Below, one piece after another: positions 10,326-20,945 of a stretch of DNA of 64,000 nt. The notes under the pieces are model-generated. The model was given only the letters and a program-made list of their open reading frames with translations, was not told the origin of the DNA and made no database searches. Position numbers and translations under genes: made by a program. The DNA comes from an uncultured delta proteobacterium (GTDB lineage Bacteria; Desulfobacterota; Binatia; UBA9968). Within the stretch, counting starts at the first letter, position 1; each line of letters opens with the position of its first letter. The DNA is taken from contig CAVUVW010000013.1 of assembly GCA_963745035.1 (NCBI GenBank), forward strand, positions 1,728,001 to 1,792,000, given 5' to 3'.

Positions 10326-11384
10326 ATGATCTCGACACGCACACGTAGGTCGTGGGTCTGGCTGGGCTTTGTCGGCCTGTGGGCTTTCAGCTCCCCCGCT
10401 TTCTCGCAGGCGCCGTTCTACCAGGGGAAAACGATTACGGTCATCAATGGGAACGCGCCGGGCGGCACCGCCGACATGCGTATGAGAGCGGTTATCCCCT
10501 ATTTGAAAAAGCACATTCCCGGCGAGCCTACCGTAGTGGCCGAATTCATGGATGGAGGCGGTGGCCGAAAGCTCGCGAATCACATGTACCGAACTGCGCG
10601 TCCGGACGGCCTCACGATCGGTTTTCCTCCCGGCGGCTTCATCACGTACGCAGTTATGGGTGAAACGGGCGTCGAGTACGACATCAACAAATTCATTTTT
10701 CTGGGCGCGCCGGAGAGCACTACCCATTACGTATTTTTAACGCGCAAAGAAGCCGGCATAGACAGCATCGAGAAGCTCAGGTCGACCCCGAACCTGCGGA
10801 TCGGGGCTCAGTCGATCGGCCACAGCATCTACATCATGGGGCGTGTGTTCGCGTACATCCTGCGCCTGAAGGAGCCAAAGTTCGTGGTCGGCTACTCGGG
10901 CCCGGAAGTCGATATCGCCCTCACCCGCGGCGAAGTCGACGCGCGCGCGAATATCGCCGATACGATCCTGACGAGAAACCGCGAATTCATCGAAAAGGGC
11001 CTGGTCAATTTCCACGCGATGATCGAGATCCCGAAGGGCAACAAGCATCCGCGCTTTGCCCAGCTGCCCGAGCTCGGCAATCTCGTCCACTCGGAAAGAG
11101 ACCGCAAGATCGTCGAACTGTACCGCTCGCTGAGGCTCGTCGGCTCTCCGTTTATCCTGCCGCCGGGCACGCCGCCGGAGCGGGTGGAAACTTTGCGTTC
11201 CGCGTTCCAAAAAGCTTTCAACGATCCCGAGTTTCAGAAGGACTACAAAAAGCTCGTCGGCGACGACCCGTCACCGCTCGCGGCCGAGGGCGTCCAGCAA
11301 GCTGTGCAAAGCTTGCCGCGCGAGCCGGCCATCGTCGAACTCTTCAAGCAAGTCACCGGCGCCGGCCCGCTACCGCCTCATTGA
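10326..11384 (+). CDS. Bug/TctC-like substrate-binding protein
   Basis: Clear paralogue of 7476..8531. Confidence 0.8.
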   Translation: MISTRTRRSWVWLGFVGLWAFSSPAFSQAPFYQGKTITVINGNAPGGTADMRMRAVIPYLKKHIPGEPTVVAEFMDGGGGRKLANHMYRTARPDGLTIGFPPGGFITYAVMGETGVEYDINKFIFLGAPESTTHYVFLTRKEAGIDSIEKLRSTPNLRIGAQSIGHSIYIMGRVFAYILRLKEPKFVVGYSGPEVDIALTRGEVDARANIADTILTRNREFIEKGLVNFHAMIEIPKGNKHPRFAQLPELGNLVHSERDRKIVELYRSLRLVGSPFILPPGTPPERVETLRSAFQKAFNDPEFQKDYKKLVGDDPSPLAAEGVQQAVQSLPREPAIVELFKQVTGAGPLPPH

Positions 11385-11557
11385 CGCGCAGCGTTCAGCA
11401 CCGCGATTTTCGCTCCTGCTACCTGCTAAATTCCGACGGTAGACCATTGAACTTTTGAACCCTTGAACCTTGAACCGCCGTTGATCTGACGGCTTGAACG
11501 GTTTGAACAAGTTAGTTCTGACCAATCCCTGTTGCGCCAACTCGCTCAACATGCCGG

Positions 11558-12613
11558 CTAACGAATAGGAAGCGATTCGGGACCCGCAAGTTGCCTGAAC
11601 AACTTGATCGTCTCCGTATCGCGTGGAACTCCAGTTATGAGTTTTTCAAGTTCTTCACCATGCAATGGCGACGGGTCAGTGCCGGTCAACTTTTTGAAGT
11701 CTTTTAAGAAACCAGGGTCGCTAAAAGTTCTGCGAAACGCGGTTCGCAGAATCTGTACGTATTCGACAGGGGTGTTGGGAGGCAAGAAATAGGGCCACCG
11801 GGGTAATTGCAACGCACGAAACAGCGTCAACAGGGCGTGTTCCTTCTCGCTTTTCGCGAAACTGTCGAGATCGGGTAATTTGGCGAACCTAGGATGTGGA
11901 CTTCCCTTCGGAAGGCTAAGGCCGAGATGCAAATGCACCATTCCCTTGTCGAACCACTCAGGATTTCGGTGTAGAGCTGTGTTTGCACTATTTAATAACC
12001 CGTCAACTTCGCCGGCCAAAACTGCGGCGTCAAGATCCGGCCCATCATAGCCGGTCACGAATCGGGCGCTTTTCAGATCGAGCAGATAGGCAACGAGGCG
12101 CCCGCCATAATACTTCGGGTGCCCTACCGTCTCGGCCCCGATGCGCAGCCCTGATGTATCTCGGAGCTTTTTGAGCGTATCGATTCCAGCCTCTTTCCGG
12201 GTATAGAAGACATACGGTTCGCCTGCGGTCGTGGAACCCAGATAGGAAAATCGATCCGGTTCGTAATCTACCCCGGTAAGTCCCAACACGGTACCCGCGA
12301 CCAACCCGGCTCCGAGAGCGCCGATCGTCAGACCGTCAGGCTGAACAGTTCGATACATCTGATTTACCATCTTTAAACCGGCGGCACCGGGGACATACTC
12401 AAGAAGGATCGTGGGCTCCCCCGGGATATGCTTTTTAAGGTACGGCATAACGGCTCTGGTTTGCATGTCCCCAAAGCCGCCCGGACCTCCGCCGCGCAGG
12501 ATTTTTATGGTTTTACCCGCGTAAAAGGGAGTAGCAGGTGCTGCGCCGCCCCACGCAAGATTCATTGAAATTTGACACAGTAGAACGGACAAACAAAAGG
12601 CAAAAAACTTCAT
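11558..12613 (-). CDS. Bug/TctC-like substrate-binding protein
   Basis: FYAGKTI, YVPGAAG, PDGLTI; start MKFFAF after GGAGG. Confidence 0.8.
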   Translation of the reverse strand: MKFFAFCLSVLLCQISMNLAWGGAAPATPFYAGKTIKILRGGGPGGFGDMQTRAVMPYLKKHIPGEPTILLEYVPGAAGLKMVNQMYRTVQPDGLTIGALGAGLVAGTVLGLTGVDYEPDRFSYLGSTTAGEPYVFYTRKEAGIDTLKKLRDTSGLRIGAETVGHPKYYGGRLVAYLLDLKSARFVTGYDGPDLDAAVLAGEVDGLLNSANTALHRNPEWFDKGMVHLHLGLSLPKGSPHPRFAKLPDLDSFAKSEKEHALLTLFRALQLPRWPYFLPPNTPVEYVQILRTAFRRTFSDPGFLKDFKKLTGTDPSPLHGEELEKLITGVPRDTETIKLFRQLAGPESLPIR

Positions 12614-12653
12614 TAAAAATCCTCCAGAAATCGCAGTACGCTTCGGTTGCGCC

Positions 12654-13295
12654 TCATTGAGCACTTGCTCTCTCAATCATGGCCAGCACCTCATCGGTTG
12701 TTCTGACCCGGGACATGCGCGGGAACACCGCATCCATTAAGATGTCGTGAGCTCGCTGGTCATGATTCGTCGCGCAAGCGTCACGCACGACGATCATGTT
12801 ATAGTCCATGTCCCGACCCGCAAATACCGTCGCGGCGACTCCCACATCCGTCGAACCACCCGAAATAATGATGGTATCGATCTTCGCCGCGCGAAGCGCC
12901 AAGTCGAGATAGGTCTGGTGAAAAGCGCTCCAGCGGTGCTTGGGAAGGTAGTAGTCCGTAGGAGCAGGCTCAAGCTCGGGGATGACCTCTGAACCGCTTG
13001 TGCCTTCGAGGGCGGCCGGCTTGACGAGCGTCACGACCCCGCCCGGCCACGGTCTCAGTGGAATATCGGTGTCGGTCAAAAGTAACACGGAGGTTCCTTC
13101 GTCTTCCCGATGATTGCCTTTGGCGAAATATATCGGCATCGCTGCGCTCCGCGCCGCCTTCATCAGCCGAACCGCATTGTCGACCATCGGCTTCTTGCGC
13201 TGTTTCGTCGCCGCACTCGCTTCGTGGTAGTAGCCGTTGAGCATGTCGAAAAACAATAGTCCCGTTTTTTGGAGCTCGATCTCATTTAGATTCAT
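12654..13295 (-). CDS. Isochorismatase-family hydrolase
   Basis: LLFFDMLN, KHRWSAF, SGGSTDVGV; the usual catalytic Cys position appears to be Gly. Confidence 0.8.
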   Translation of the reverse strand: MNLNEIELQKTGLLFFDMLNGYYHEASAATKQRKKPMVDNAVRLMKAARSAAMPIYFAKGNHREDEGTSVLLLTDTDIPLRPWPGGVVTLVKPAALEGTSGSEVIPELEPAPTDYYLPKHRWSAFHQTYLDLALRAAKIDTIIISGGSTDVGVAATVFAGRDMDYNMIVVRDACATNHDQRAHDILMDAVFPRMSRVRTTDEVLAMIERASAQ

Positions 13296-13884
13296 TCTCA
13301 ATCCTCACTTTTGGTTTTGGTTTTACGCCCTACGGACAAAATACTTTTTAAGCCGCCCTCTTACGTGAAAGCAAGCAGTTGCGCCGGTCCGACCCTTGCC
13401 CAAGCTTTCTTGCTCACTTCAAAACCGAACTTACCGAAACCTTAACGTTTGGAACCGCCGCAAAGCGATGAAACCATTGGACGATTGGAACCGTTCTTTG
13501 TCCTGAATCCAACCGTTGAACTTTTGAACCGTTTAACCTTGAACCGCCGTTGATCTGACGGCTTGAAGGCAGCGAAGCGATTGAACGATTTTAACGTTTT
13601 GAACCACTCCCGTTTACGTTGAACGTTTGAACCGTTGAACTGTTGAACGAGTTCTTTCCCCTAGCGCCTCACCTCTCACCCATCACGCCCTTCTTCTTAC
13701 TGTTGCCTGTTGCCTATTGCCTGCTTAGGTTGCCTGTTGCCTCCCGCCTGTTGCCTTTTTGATGCCAGATAGTCCTCAAAATTGACATCGGTTCAGGTAA
13801 TCAGATAATTCTGAGCGATCAAGGCCTTGCTTGCGCAGCCTGGCCGCGTTCATTTTTGATAAAAGTTGGGTGAGAGTTTAGGAA

Positions 13885-15324
13885 ATGCCTATACGTCGAG
13901 GAGAAGAATATCTCGAAAGCCTCAGGGATGGGCGCCGCGTCTGGCTACACGGTGAGTTGGTCGAAGATGTCACCGCACATCCCAGTTTGAAAGGCTGCGC
14001 CCAAAGCGTTGCCGCGGTTTACGACCTTCAACACGTCCCAGCCCATCGGGACCTGCTGACCATGCCTTCCCCGGTTACGGCGCAGCCGGTAAGCCTGGCG
14101 TATCTTTTGCCCCATTCGGTCGAAGATCTCACCCGTCAGCGAAAGATGTACGAGTTCCTCGTGCGCCGTGCCGGAGGCGTGGCGGCTCGCCTACCCCAGC
14201 ACCTGGCTACCGTCGTCTTGGGGCTGCACGACGTTCGTGACGTCCTGGGCAAAGAAAATCCGGCCTTCGCGGAGAACGTTATCCGCTACTTCGAGTATTG
14301 CCGCGAAAACGATTTGGCCATCGCGACGATTTTCAACGACCCGTTTCATCACCGAACCCACCCGCGGTCCAAGCGAGAATACCTGAGGGTGGTTGAGAGG
14401 AGGGCCGATGGCATCGTGGTGAGAGGTGCCAAAGGAGTGGGAACGCAGGCACCCTACGCCAATGACATCCTATGTCTGACCCAGCCGCGACCTGACCTCC
14501 TGCCTGAGGAGGTGTTGTATTTCGCCGTGCCTGTGAATTCTCCAGGCCTCCAGCTCATCTGCCGGCAGCCCCTGGCGCCACCCAACCCTGAGGATCATCC
14601 CTTGAGTCCGCACTGGGACGAGATGGACGCCATGGTACTGTTCGACAACGTGTTCATACCCTGGGATCGAGTATTCTATTTGCGTCAATCCGATCCCGAA
14701 GACCCGAATCTATACGCGCGGCTTTTCCAAGGAGCCATGGGTATCGGGCCCTGGTATGTTTTAGTCCGGCTGGCGGTCAAGGCGGAGGTGTTGTTGGGCA
14801 TCTGCGCGGCGATGGCCGAATATCTCGGCACCACCAAACAACCTCATGTACAGTTGGCCCTGGCCGACGCGATAGTCTACCTGGAGACGATGAGGGCCTT
14901 CATCTATAACGCTGAAACGAACCCTGTCCGCTCTCAATCGGGCCTCACCCTGCCCAACTGGATCCCGGCGCAGGCAGCCCGCATCTTCTCGATAGAGGGT
15001 TATCCCCAGATGCTACAGATGATACGGGAGCTCTGTGGCTCCGGTATCCTGATGTCGCCGAGCGAGACGGATATGAATAATTCCGAGATGGGCCACCAAA
15101 TCCGGCGCTTTTTTGTGGGGGAGAACGAGCGCACGCAAGAATGCTTTCGCATGCTGAAACTGGCGTGGGAATATGCCTGCGACTCTTTCGGCTCCCGCCA
15201 GCTGCTCTTCGAGATGTACAACGTCGCCAGCCTGGCCACCAACAAACAGAGGCTCGTGAATAGCTACGATCTGAGCCCCTTCGTCCGCCTGGCTAAAGAA
15301 TTGGCAGGCATAAACGAACACTAG
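13885..15324 (+). CDS. 4-hydroxyphenylacetate 3-hydroxylase (HpaB-like) flavin monooxygenase oxygenase component
   Basis: EYLESLRDGRRVW, GIVVRGAK, DEMDAMVLFDNVFIPWDRVF, FGSRQLLFE. Confidence 0.85.
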   Translation: MPIRRGEEYLESLRDGRRVWLHGELVEDVTAHPSLKGCAQSVAAVYDLQHVPAHRDLLTMPSPVTAQPVSLAYLLPHSVEDLTRQRKMYEFLVRRAGGVAARLPQHLATVVLGLHDVRDVLGKENPAFAENVIRYFEYCRENDLAIATIFNDPFHHRTHPRSKREYLRVVERRADGIVVRGAKGVGTQAPYANDILCLTQPRPDLLPEEVLYFAVPVNSPGLQLICRQPLAPPNPEDHPLSPHWDEMDAMVLFDNVFIPWDRVFYLRQSDPEDPNLYARLFQGAMGIGPWYVLVRLAVKAEVLLGICAAMAEYLGTTKQPHVQLALADAIVYLETMRAFIYNAETNPVRSQSGLTLPNWIPAQAARIFSIEGYPQMLQMIRELCGSGILMSPSETDMNNSEMGHQIRRFFVGENERTQECFRMLKLAWEYACDSFGSRQLLFEMYNVASLATNKQRLVNSYDLSPFVRLAKELAGINEH

Positions 15325-15593
15325 ATTAAAAAGATTTTAGAAAACCTCTTCCGTTTAAGGGTGTGCCGAGTCGGACCAAGCTATGTCGTTACTTCATCGA
15401 CAGTTTGATTCCAAAAGAACGTGTTTCGGTGCTTAGAGCCGCTTCGGTCACATCGCGCTGCACAAAGTTGGTGTTCGCTTTCAACGATTTGAACGGAGCG
15501 AAGCGGTTGAACGATTGGAACTGGCTTCAGTGTTGAGCTGCATGCTCCCGGCGATATACGCCGGTCCGACCCACGACCCTGGACACAAGAACC

Positions 15594-15821
15594 TTACGCC
15601 CGTAGCGTACGTGCGTGGGTAATTTCTCTTTTCTGAACCGGACGAATCTGGGAAGCCTCTAAAGTCGCTATCGCCAATGTCTCTCCATCCAGAGCTACAA
15701 ACTCTACTTCAAACGCTTTGCCGCTCTTGTGAACGTGGATAACAGTACCGACATCGCCCGTTTTCAACCCTTGGTCAGGAACTTCTTCCCTCAAAACCAC
15801 TCGGTCGTGTTCTTTAATCAT
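15594..15821 (-). CDS. DUF4926 protein (putative antitoxin/immunity)
   Basis: EHDRVVL...GDVGTVIHV...FEVEF. Confidence 0.8.
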   Translation of the reverse strand: MIKEHDRVVLREEVPDQGLKTGDVGTVIHVHKSGKAFEVEFVALDGETLAIATLEASQIRPVQKREITHARTLRA

Positions 15822-15830
15822 ACCATCCTC

Positions 15831-16161
15831 CTATCTCGGATGCGCCGTTATCAGTCGTGGCGCTCGTGAACCTTCCGCCAAAATCCAAACCGTTCGTATT
15901 TGAGGATTACGCCCATCCGGCGTCAAAAGCGGGCCATCCACGCAATGACGAGTGCCATGGGCTGATCTGGAGAAACAGTCACGACGTGCTCTCTTCCATG
16001 TTCCTTAAGGGCACGGGCGAGGACTTCCCACTCATCCACGCTAAACCCAAACCTTGAAAAGAACTCTGCCTTGCTCCTTCCGTCAGGGTGCGAAAACGAT
16101 AGCAAATATTCAACGACCTTCTTCCTTTCGACACGAGCTTTGGCAGCATAAGGCACTTCAT
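15831..16161 (-). pseudogene. DUF6883-like putative toxin, frameshifted (possibly sequencing error)
   Basis: YLLSFSHPDGRSKAEFF in one frame; TPDGRNPQIRTVWI...PRLITAHPR* in another. Confidence 0.7.
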
Positions 16162-16871
16162 GAGCTCACGTTGTCGTACCTAGAAGCGTTTTGCGTATAT
16201 GCTCCGGTTACGGTCCGAACTGCGCCGCTTCGTAGACCGGCCCAAATTCTGCGCGCGCTTGTCTACATTGGGTTCAAAACGGGCCTTGTCACCACTTCTC
16301 ATCAAAAGCGGCTTTTTTCGCTCCAGTCAGGATACAACGTCTGCGGCGCCTTCGCCAAACACCCGAGACCGTTGCTGAGCAAAGCTCATTGAACATTTCG
16401 AGAATTCCCGAAACGTGGAAGTTTTCGTGAGTTCGCATTCGTTCATTTTGAAGTTGCTTTGGTCCGACCCGGGACTGAGCCCGTGCTAATCTTGGATTAA
16501 CGACTTGAACGGAGCGAAGCGATTGAACGACTTGAACGTTTTGAACGATTTATGTTGAACGATTGAACCATTGAACGGTTGAACGAATTCTTTTCTTACC
16601 ACGCCTCACGCCTCACGCCTCACGTCCTTCTTCCTACTGTTGCCTGTTGCCTCTCGCCTGTTGCCTATTCGACGTTTGACACCTTCTCCCGTCGGCGCTA
16701 TTTCTTTCGCAAAAGATTGAGAGTCATTACGTTTGGAACCGCGCAAGCGATGGAACCATTGGAACGATTGGAACTTGTTCTTCGGTTGTAGAACGATTTG
16801 AACGGAGCGCAGCGGTTGAACGGCTTGAACGATTTGAACCTCGCCCTTTTTGCGCTCTACGGAGGAACCCC

Positions 16872-17444
16872 ATGTCATTGCTGACACTGCAAATGCCGGC
16901 CCTTCCCGACCCGGTCAAAGTCGTCCTCCAACCCGCGACGACGGCGTTGTTGGTGTTCGACATGATCGATCGTATCTGCAAAAGCCAGCCGAATTGCACC
17001 GGGGTCATGGTGCCGGCCCTCGCCTCGCTGCTGGCGCGGGCACGAAAAGCCGGCGTGTTCGTCCTGTACTCCACTCGGGAGCCGGAGAGCTCGAAGTGGA
17101 TGCCGGAGGTCGCTCCCGCTCCCGGCGACCCGATCGTCAAGTCGGTTGCTCAGGACAGATTCTACAACACGGATCTCGACAAAACGCTGAAGGCCAAGGG
17201 CATCACGACGCTGGTTCTTACCGGCTGGAAGGTCAGCGGCTCGGTGGTCTATACATCGATCGGAGCGACACTGCGGGGGTACACTGTGGTCGTACCCACG
17301 GATGCCAGCTTAGCCGCAACGGACTACGAAGTGGCGATCGGCCAATTCCAAATATTGAATCAGAATAGCGCGAACGCCACGAACGAACCGCTGAAGGCGA
17401 ACGCCTCAACCCTGAGCCGTACGGATATGATGGTCTTTCAGTAG
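16872..17444 (+). CDS. Isochorismatase-family hydrolase
   Basis: TALLVFDM, FYNTDLD..LKAKGITTLVLTG. Confidence 0.8.
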   Translation: MSLLTLQMPALPDPVKVVLQPATTALLVFDMIDRICKSQPNCTGVMVPALASLLARARKAGVFVLYSTREPESSKWMPEVAPAPGDPIVKSVAQDRFYNTDLDKTLKAKGITTLVLTGWKVSGSVVYTSIGATLRGYTVVVPTDASLAATDYEVAIGQFQILNQNSANATNEPLKANASTLSRTDMMVFQ

Positions 17445-17668
17445 AAAAGGCGGGTTCGTGATATATTGTCTGCTTCGATCACATCACAATGCTTTGGTAT
17501 TCGCTTGTAAAACGTTTTGAACGGAGCGCAGCGGTTGAACGGTTTGAACGATTTGAACTTGCTTCAGTGTATTTCGGGTCTGACCCAGCTATATCGTTGC
17601 TTTGTGCCGGTCCGACCCGGCCCCCCTCGTCGAATTTACGATTGGCAAGCGACGGATCACGGGCATTC

Positions 17669-18208
17669 TTAGCCACCTTTTCGTCGCAATAATTCTATTT
17701 GCTTTTCAGAAGTAAACAGCTCGAAACAATTAAGACACACCCTTGCGTCTCGGTATCCTACTGGAACCGCTGCTCTCCACACATCATCCAAGACTCTGAA
17801 ATCACAATTTTGTAGCGAACCGCATGCTTTGCACGCCCTTCTTTCAGTTCCCGTTGCCGCGGACTCTGGAACGTCAATTTCACCAATTTTGTGAATGAGT
17901 TTGCCACGATGGCGTAGGAGAAGTTTGTAAGTTCTCTGACATGCGAATTGATCATCAAATAAGAGTGCGCCTAAATATTCCTCGCCCTCATGTTCGATCG
18001 TTAGATAGAGCCTATTAAGTGGTTCCATCTTGGACCGAATCACGTTCTTGAGAATGCCTATTTCACCGCCTAGCTGTTGAGATTGTTTGGCGTCCCTTCC
18101 AACCCAGGCGGGTGGCCAGTTAGACAGTCCCCGGTAAAACATCAATGAGTGATCTCGAAGCTTCATGTAACCTCTGAATCGAGATTTGAAAGTTGGCCTA
18201 GCGTCCAC
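17669..18208 (-). CDS. Hypothetical protein with C-terminal CxxC...CxxC
   Basis: ORF with CKAC and CLNC motifs; start uncertain. Confidence 0.55.
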   Translation of the reverse strand: MDARPTFKSRFRGYMKLRDHSLMFYRGLSNWPPAWVGRDAKQSQQLGGEIGILKNVIRSKMEPLNRLYLTIEHEGEEYLGALLFDDQFACQRTYKLLLRHRGKLIHKIGEIDVPESAATGTERRACKACGSLQNCDFRVLDDVWRAAVPVGYRDARVCLNCFELFTSEKQIELLRRKGG

Positions 18209-18271
18209 ACGTCATCGGGAGGTCAGATTCCTCAATCTCCCATCCTCGGCCCCGGCTTTGACAAACCTCAA

Positions 18272-18739
18272 TTATTCCTTCTTCGCCTTGTAAGTGTCGA
18301 TGGCCTTCTCCAAATCGTCGTATTCCTCGCACCTACCGAAGAACGGACAGGCTTTTTTCAACGCCACAAGTTGCTTCTCAGCGCTATCGGGCTGATTCAT
18401 GTCGAGATAAAGCTCGCCGAGATACTCATGCGCGCTGCGATGATTCGAATCGATTTTGAGCGCGGCATGGTAGTGCTCCATCGATTTATCGAAGATACCG
18501 ACCTTACGGTAACTGTAGCCAAGCATGCTGTGCGCGTTAGCATTCTTTGGCTCTTCTTGAACCGCCTTCGTCAGATGACCAACGGCCGATTTGAAATCCT
18601 TCGCCTCAATCGCCTTACGTCCCGCGACGATATCCGGGTTCCCGGGTTTCGCTTTGGGCTCAGGCATATCGGCAAAGGCAAACGATTGCCAAACTGACAA
18701 TCCCACCGCCAGAGTCATGATTCGAAAGAGATTTTTCAT
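18272..18739 (-). CDS. Secreted TPR protein
   Basis: Signal peptide; TPR helices AHSMLGYSYRK and AHEYLGELY. Confidence 0.8.
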   Translation of the reverse strand: MKNLFRIMTLAVGLSVWQSFAFADMPEPKAKPGNPDIVAGRKAIEAKDFKSAVGHLTKAVQEEPKNANAHSMLGYSYRKVGIFDKSMEHYHAALKIDSNHRSAHEYLGELYLDMNQPDSAEKQLVALKKACPFFGRCEEYDDLEKAIDTYKAKKE

Positions 18740-18883
18740 ACGGCCTCCATTTCTATTTGAACAACGGTTTGAAACGACTTCTGAACTCGTTTCAATCCTT
18801 AATCGTGGGCGCCCGGTCCGAGGGAGCGCGCCGATTAAGGCGCGCACCCTCCACGCGATTGTTACGCATGGCGCCGGAAGCGC

Positions 18884-19807
18884 CTAGCGTAAAGGTTGGG
18901 GTTCGCCGTAGATAAAGTCATCCATCATGACGATGTCTCGCTTTTCATCGTCATCCGGCCCCGGCGCGACGTCGCCGGTTGTGATCCGCACGCGCGCGAT
19001 GCGCGCGTCATCAAACACGATGCCGAAGAAGGAAAGGCTCGCATCGCCCGGCGAGGCCGGAACGAAACTGCTGAAGATCAGCCTGCCATCCGCGTCGAAG
19101 TACTCCATTAACGTGCTGGCTCCACGAGGGTTGCCGCGCCTGCCCCCACGCCCGATCCCGTTCGGCTCATCAACGTCTGTGAACACCGCGCCAAAGCCGC
19201 GGACCGTTGCCGGATCCTTCGGATTAGCGCCTGGCTGCAGAGTGGGATTGGCGCCCGGCACGAAGAAGAAAGCTTCGGTGATATTGCTATCTACCGGGGT
19301 GAACAACCGCGACGGGCTGAAGGTGCTGAAGATGGCGGCGTAGGTCGGATTGTTGAGGAGCTTCTCAAGGCCGCCCTCGGGTCCGCCCGATGCGGGAGCC
19401 TGCGAAAGGCCGATCCCTGGTGTGGTAAACTGGCTGCCGCGGCTGTTCAGGAACGCGTTGAACGGCGTTACCGGGGGGGTTGTATCCAGAACATTGGGGG
19501 GGTTGAGGCCGTCCCAGTTGATCTCGCGCCGACCGCTCCTGTCGAGCGGTGGTGGATTATTAAAATTGTTGGGATCGCCCAGAGCGTCGCGGAACGCATC
19601 GACCGTGCTCTGAATCGAGTCTGCCGTTGATCCTGCCGCCTGGAATATGATCGGCGCAACCAAGTCCTTGGATTTTTTCCCTTGCGCCTGTGCAGTCTGG
19701 CCAACGGGCACGAGCACCATGAGGGCCAGCAAGCCAACCGCGAGTACGCGATTTAGAAGTACACGCCTCTTCATGCGGAGGATTGTTATCATTTTCGAAT
19801 TTCTCAA
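18884..19807 (-). CDS. Secreted hypothetical protein (GRREINWDG motif)
   Basis: Signal-like N-terminus; beta-rich body ending VMMDDFIYGEP. Confidence 0.65.
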   Translation of the reverse strand: MRNSKMITILRMKRRVLLNRVLAVGLLALMVLVPVGQTAQAQGKKSKDLVAPIIFQAAGSTADSIQSTVDAFRDALGDPNNFNNPPPLDRSGRREINWDGLNPPNVLDTTPPVTPFNAFLNSRGSQFTTPGIGLSQAPASGGPEGGLEKLLNNPTYAAIFSTFSPSRLFTPVDSNITEAFFFVPGANPTLQPGANPKDPATVRGFGAVFTDVDEPNGIGRGGRRGNPRGASTLMEYFDADGRLIFSSFVPASPGDASLSFFGIVFDDARIARVRITTGDVAPGPDDDEKRDIVMMDDFIYGEPQPLR

Positions 19808-20132
19808 TTTTCGTTGTAACCATGGTATTCACTTCTTCTTCCTTTCTTATTTCATGTGGACTGTTCGTGCTTTCCTATTGGACGTGAGCGAATGTTCTCG
19901 AACCTCATTCGATTCTCCGGCTCGCGATTGAATAATTTTTCTTTGGCCTACTGTAGAAGTGGTTGATAGCGAGATAAATGATAACGATCACAAGCAAAAA
20001 CGACTCGCTCATAAGAATTCCCCTATCTCCTAACGTAAATCTCGTTGTGCAAATCCATTTTCCCTGCCGCCCGACAACGGTTTCTCGTTTTACGTGTCCC
20101 AACAGCCATGCGAAGCAACAACGGCCGAGTCG

Positions 20133-20690
20133 TCAGTCTCTTCGCCCCAGTCCTTCCCGACGAGTGACAGAACCATAGAGGCGACTTTGTCCTTCCCAAG
20201 CGACTGTAAAGGCTTTTGCTACTGCAACGAGGCCAGATCGACTTTGCCTCTTCTCGGCTGCGACCATTGCGCGAAGAAGCAGGGCATTTGTAGAGGAATA
20301 AGGACCCCTTTCCCTTTCCAGCCGTTTAACCCCACAGGCGGCGGCGAGTAACCCCGCCCAATCGTCGCGCCAGACTGCGAACTTCCCCGCTTGCAGATAC
20401 AAATGTTTCGCGTCATGGAGATCACCCTTTCCCCACGCCGCATCCGCGCGTGCAAGAACGGGCTTCCAGTCTGGAATCTCCCGCCCGCTGAAATCGCACT
20501 GCGTCCATGTCAAAGCCGCCAGAACCGGAAAGACCACAAGGCTTGCCCACCGCCACGACTTTCTGCGAAGATTCTGCCTCGAGTGAGATTGCGCTATGGT
20601 GAGAGTTCCGCTTTCGGCGGGACGGTGTTGATCGCTTAAGCTCTGATCACCTGGTTCAGTTTCACCAGAAGGTGAGTAAGTCGAGTGCAT
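20133..20690 (-). CDS. Hypothetical membrane-anchored helical protein
   Basis: Single predicted TM segment followed by TPR-like helices. Confidence 0.5.
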   Translation of the reverse strand: MHSTYSPSGETEPGDQSLSDQHRPAESGTLTIAQSHSRQNLRRKSWRWASLVVFPVLAALTWTQCDFSGREIPDWKPVLARADAAWGKGDLHDAKHLYLQAGKFAVWRDDWAGLLAAACGVKRLERERGPYSSTNALLLRAMVAAEKRQSRSGLVAVAKAFTVAWEGQSRLYGSVTRREGLGRRD

Positions 20691-20945
20691 GGATACGTTA
20701 TTCTCGTTCCATGTATATCCCTCTGCGTAAGCAAACGGTTCTAACGCGTGCCGGCGATATAGGCTTGCAAATCAGATCAATGAATAAATGGGGACGCAGC
20801 CTAGCGAGCGCAGGCAGAGCTTATGAGCTGGTCTAAAGCTAAGTATTAGGACGTGACTGGGAAGACGGTGAGGTGAGTTGCAAGAAGTCCAATTTTTGGG
20901 CAAGAGCACGGATGTAGCGTCAAGAACGATCGCGGTAAAAAATAT

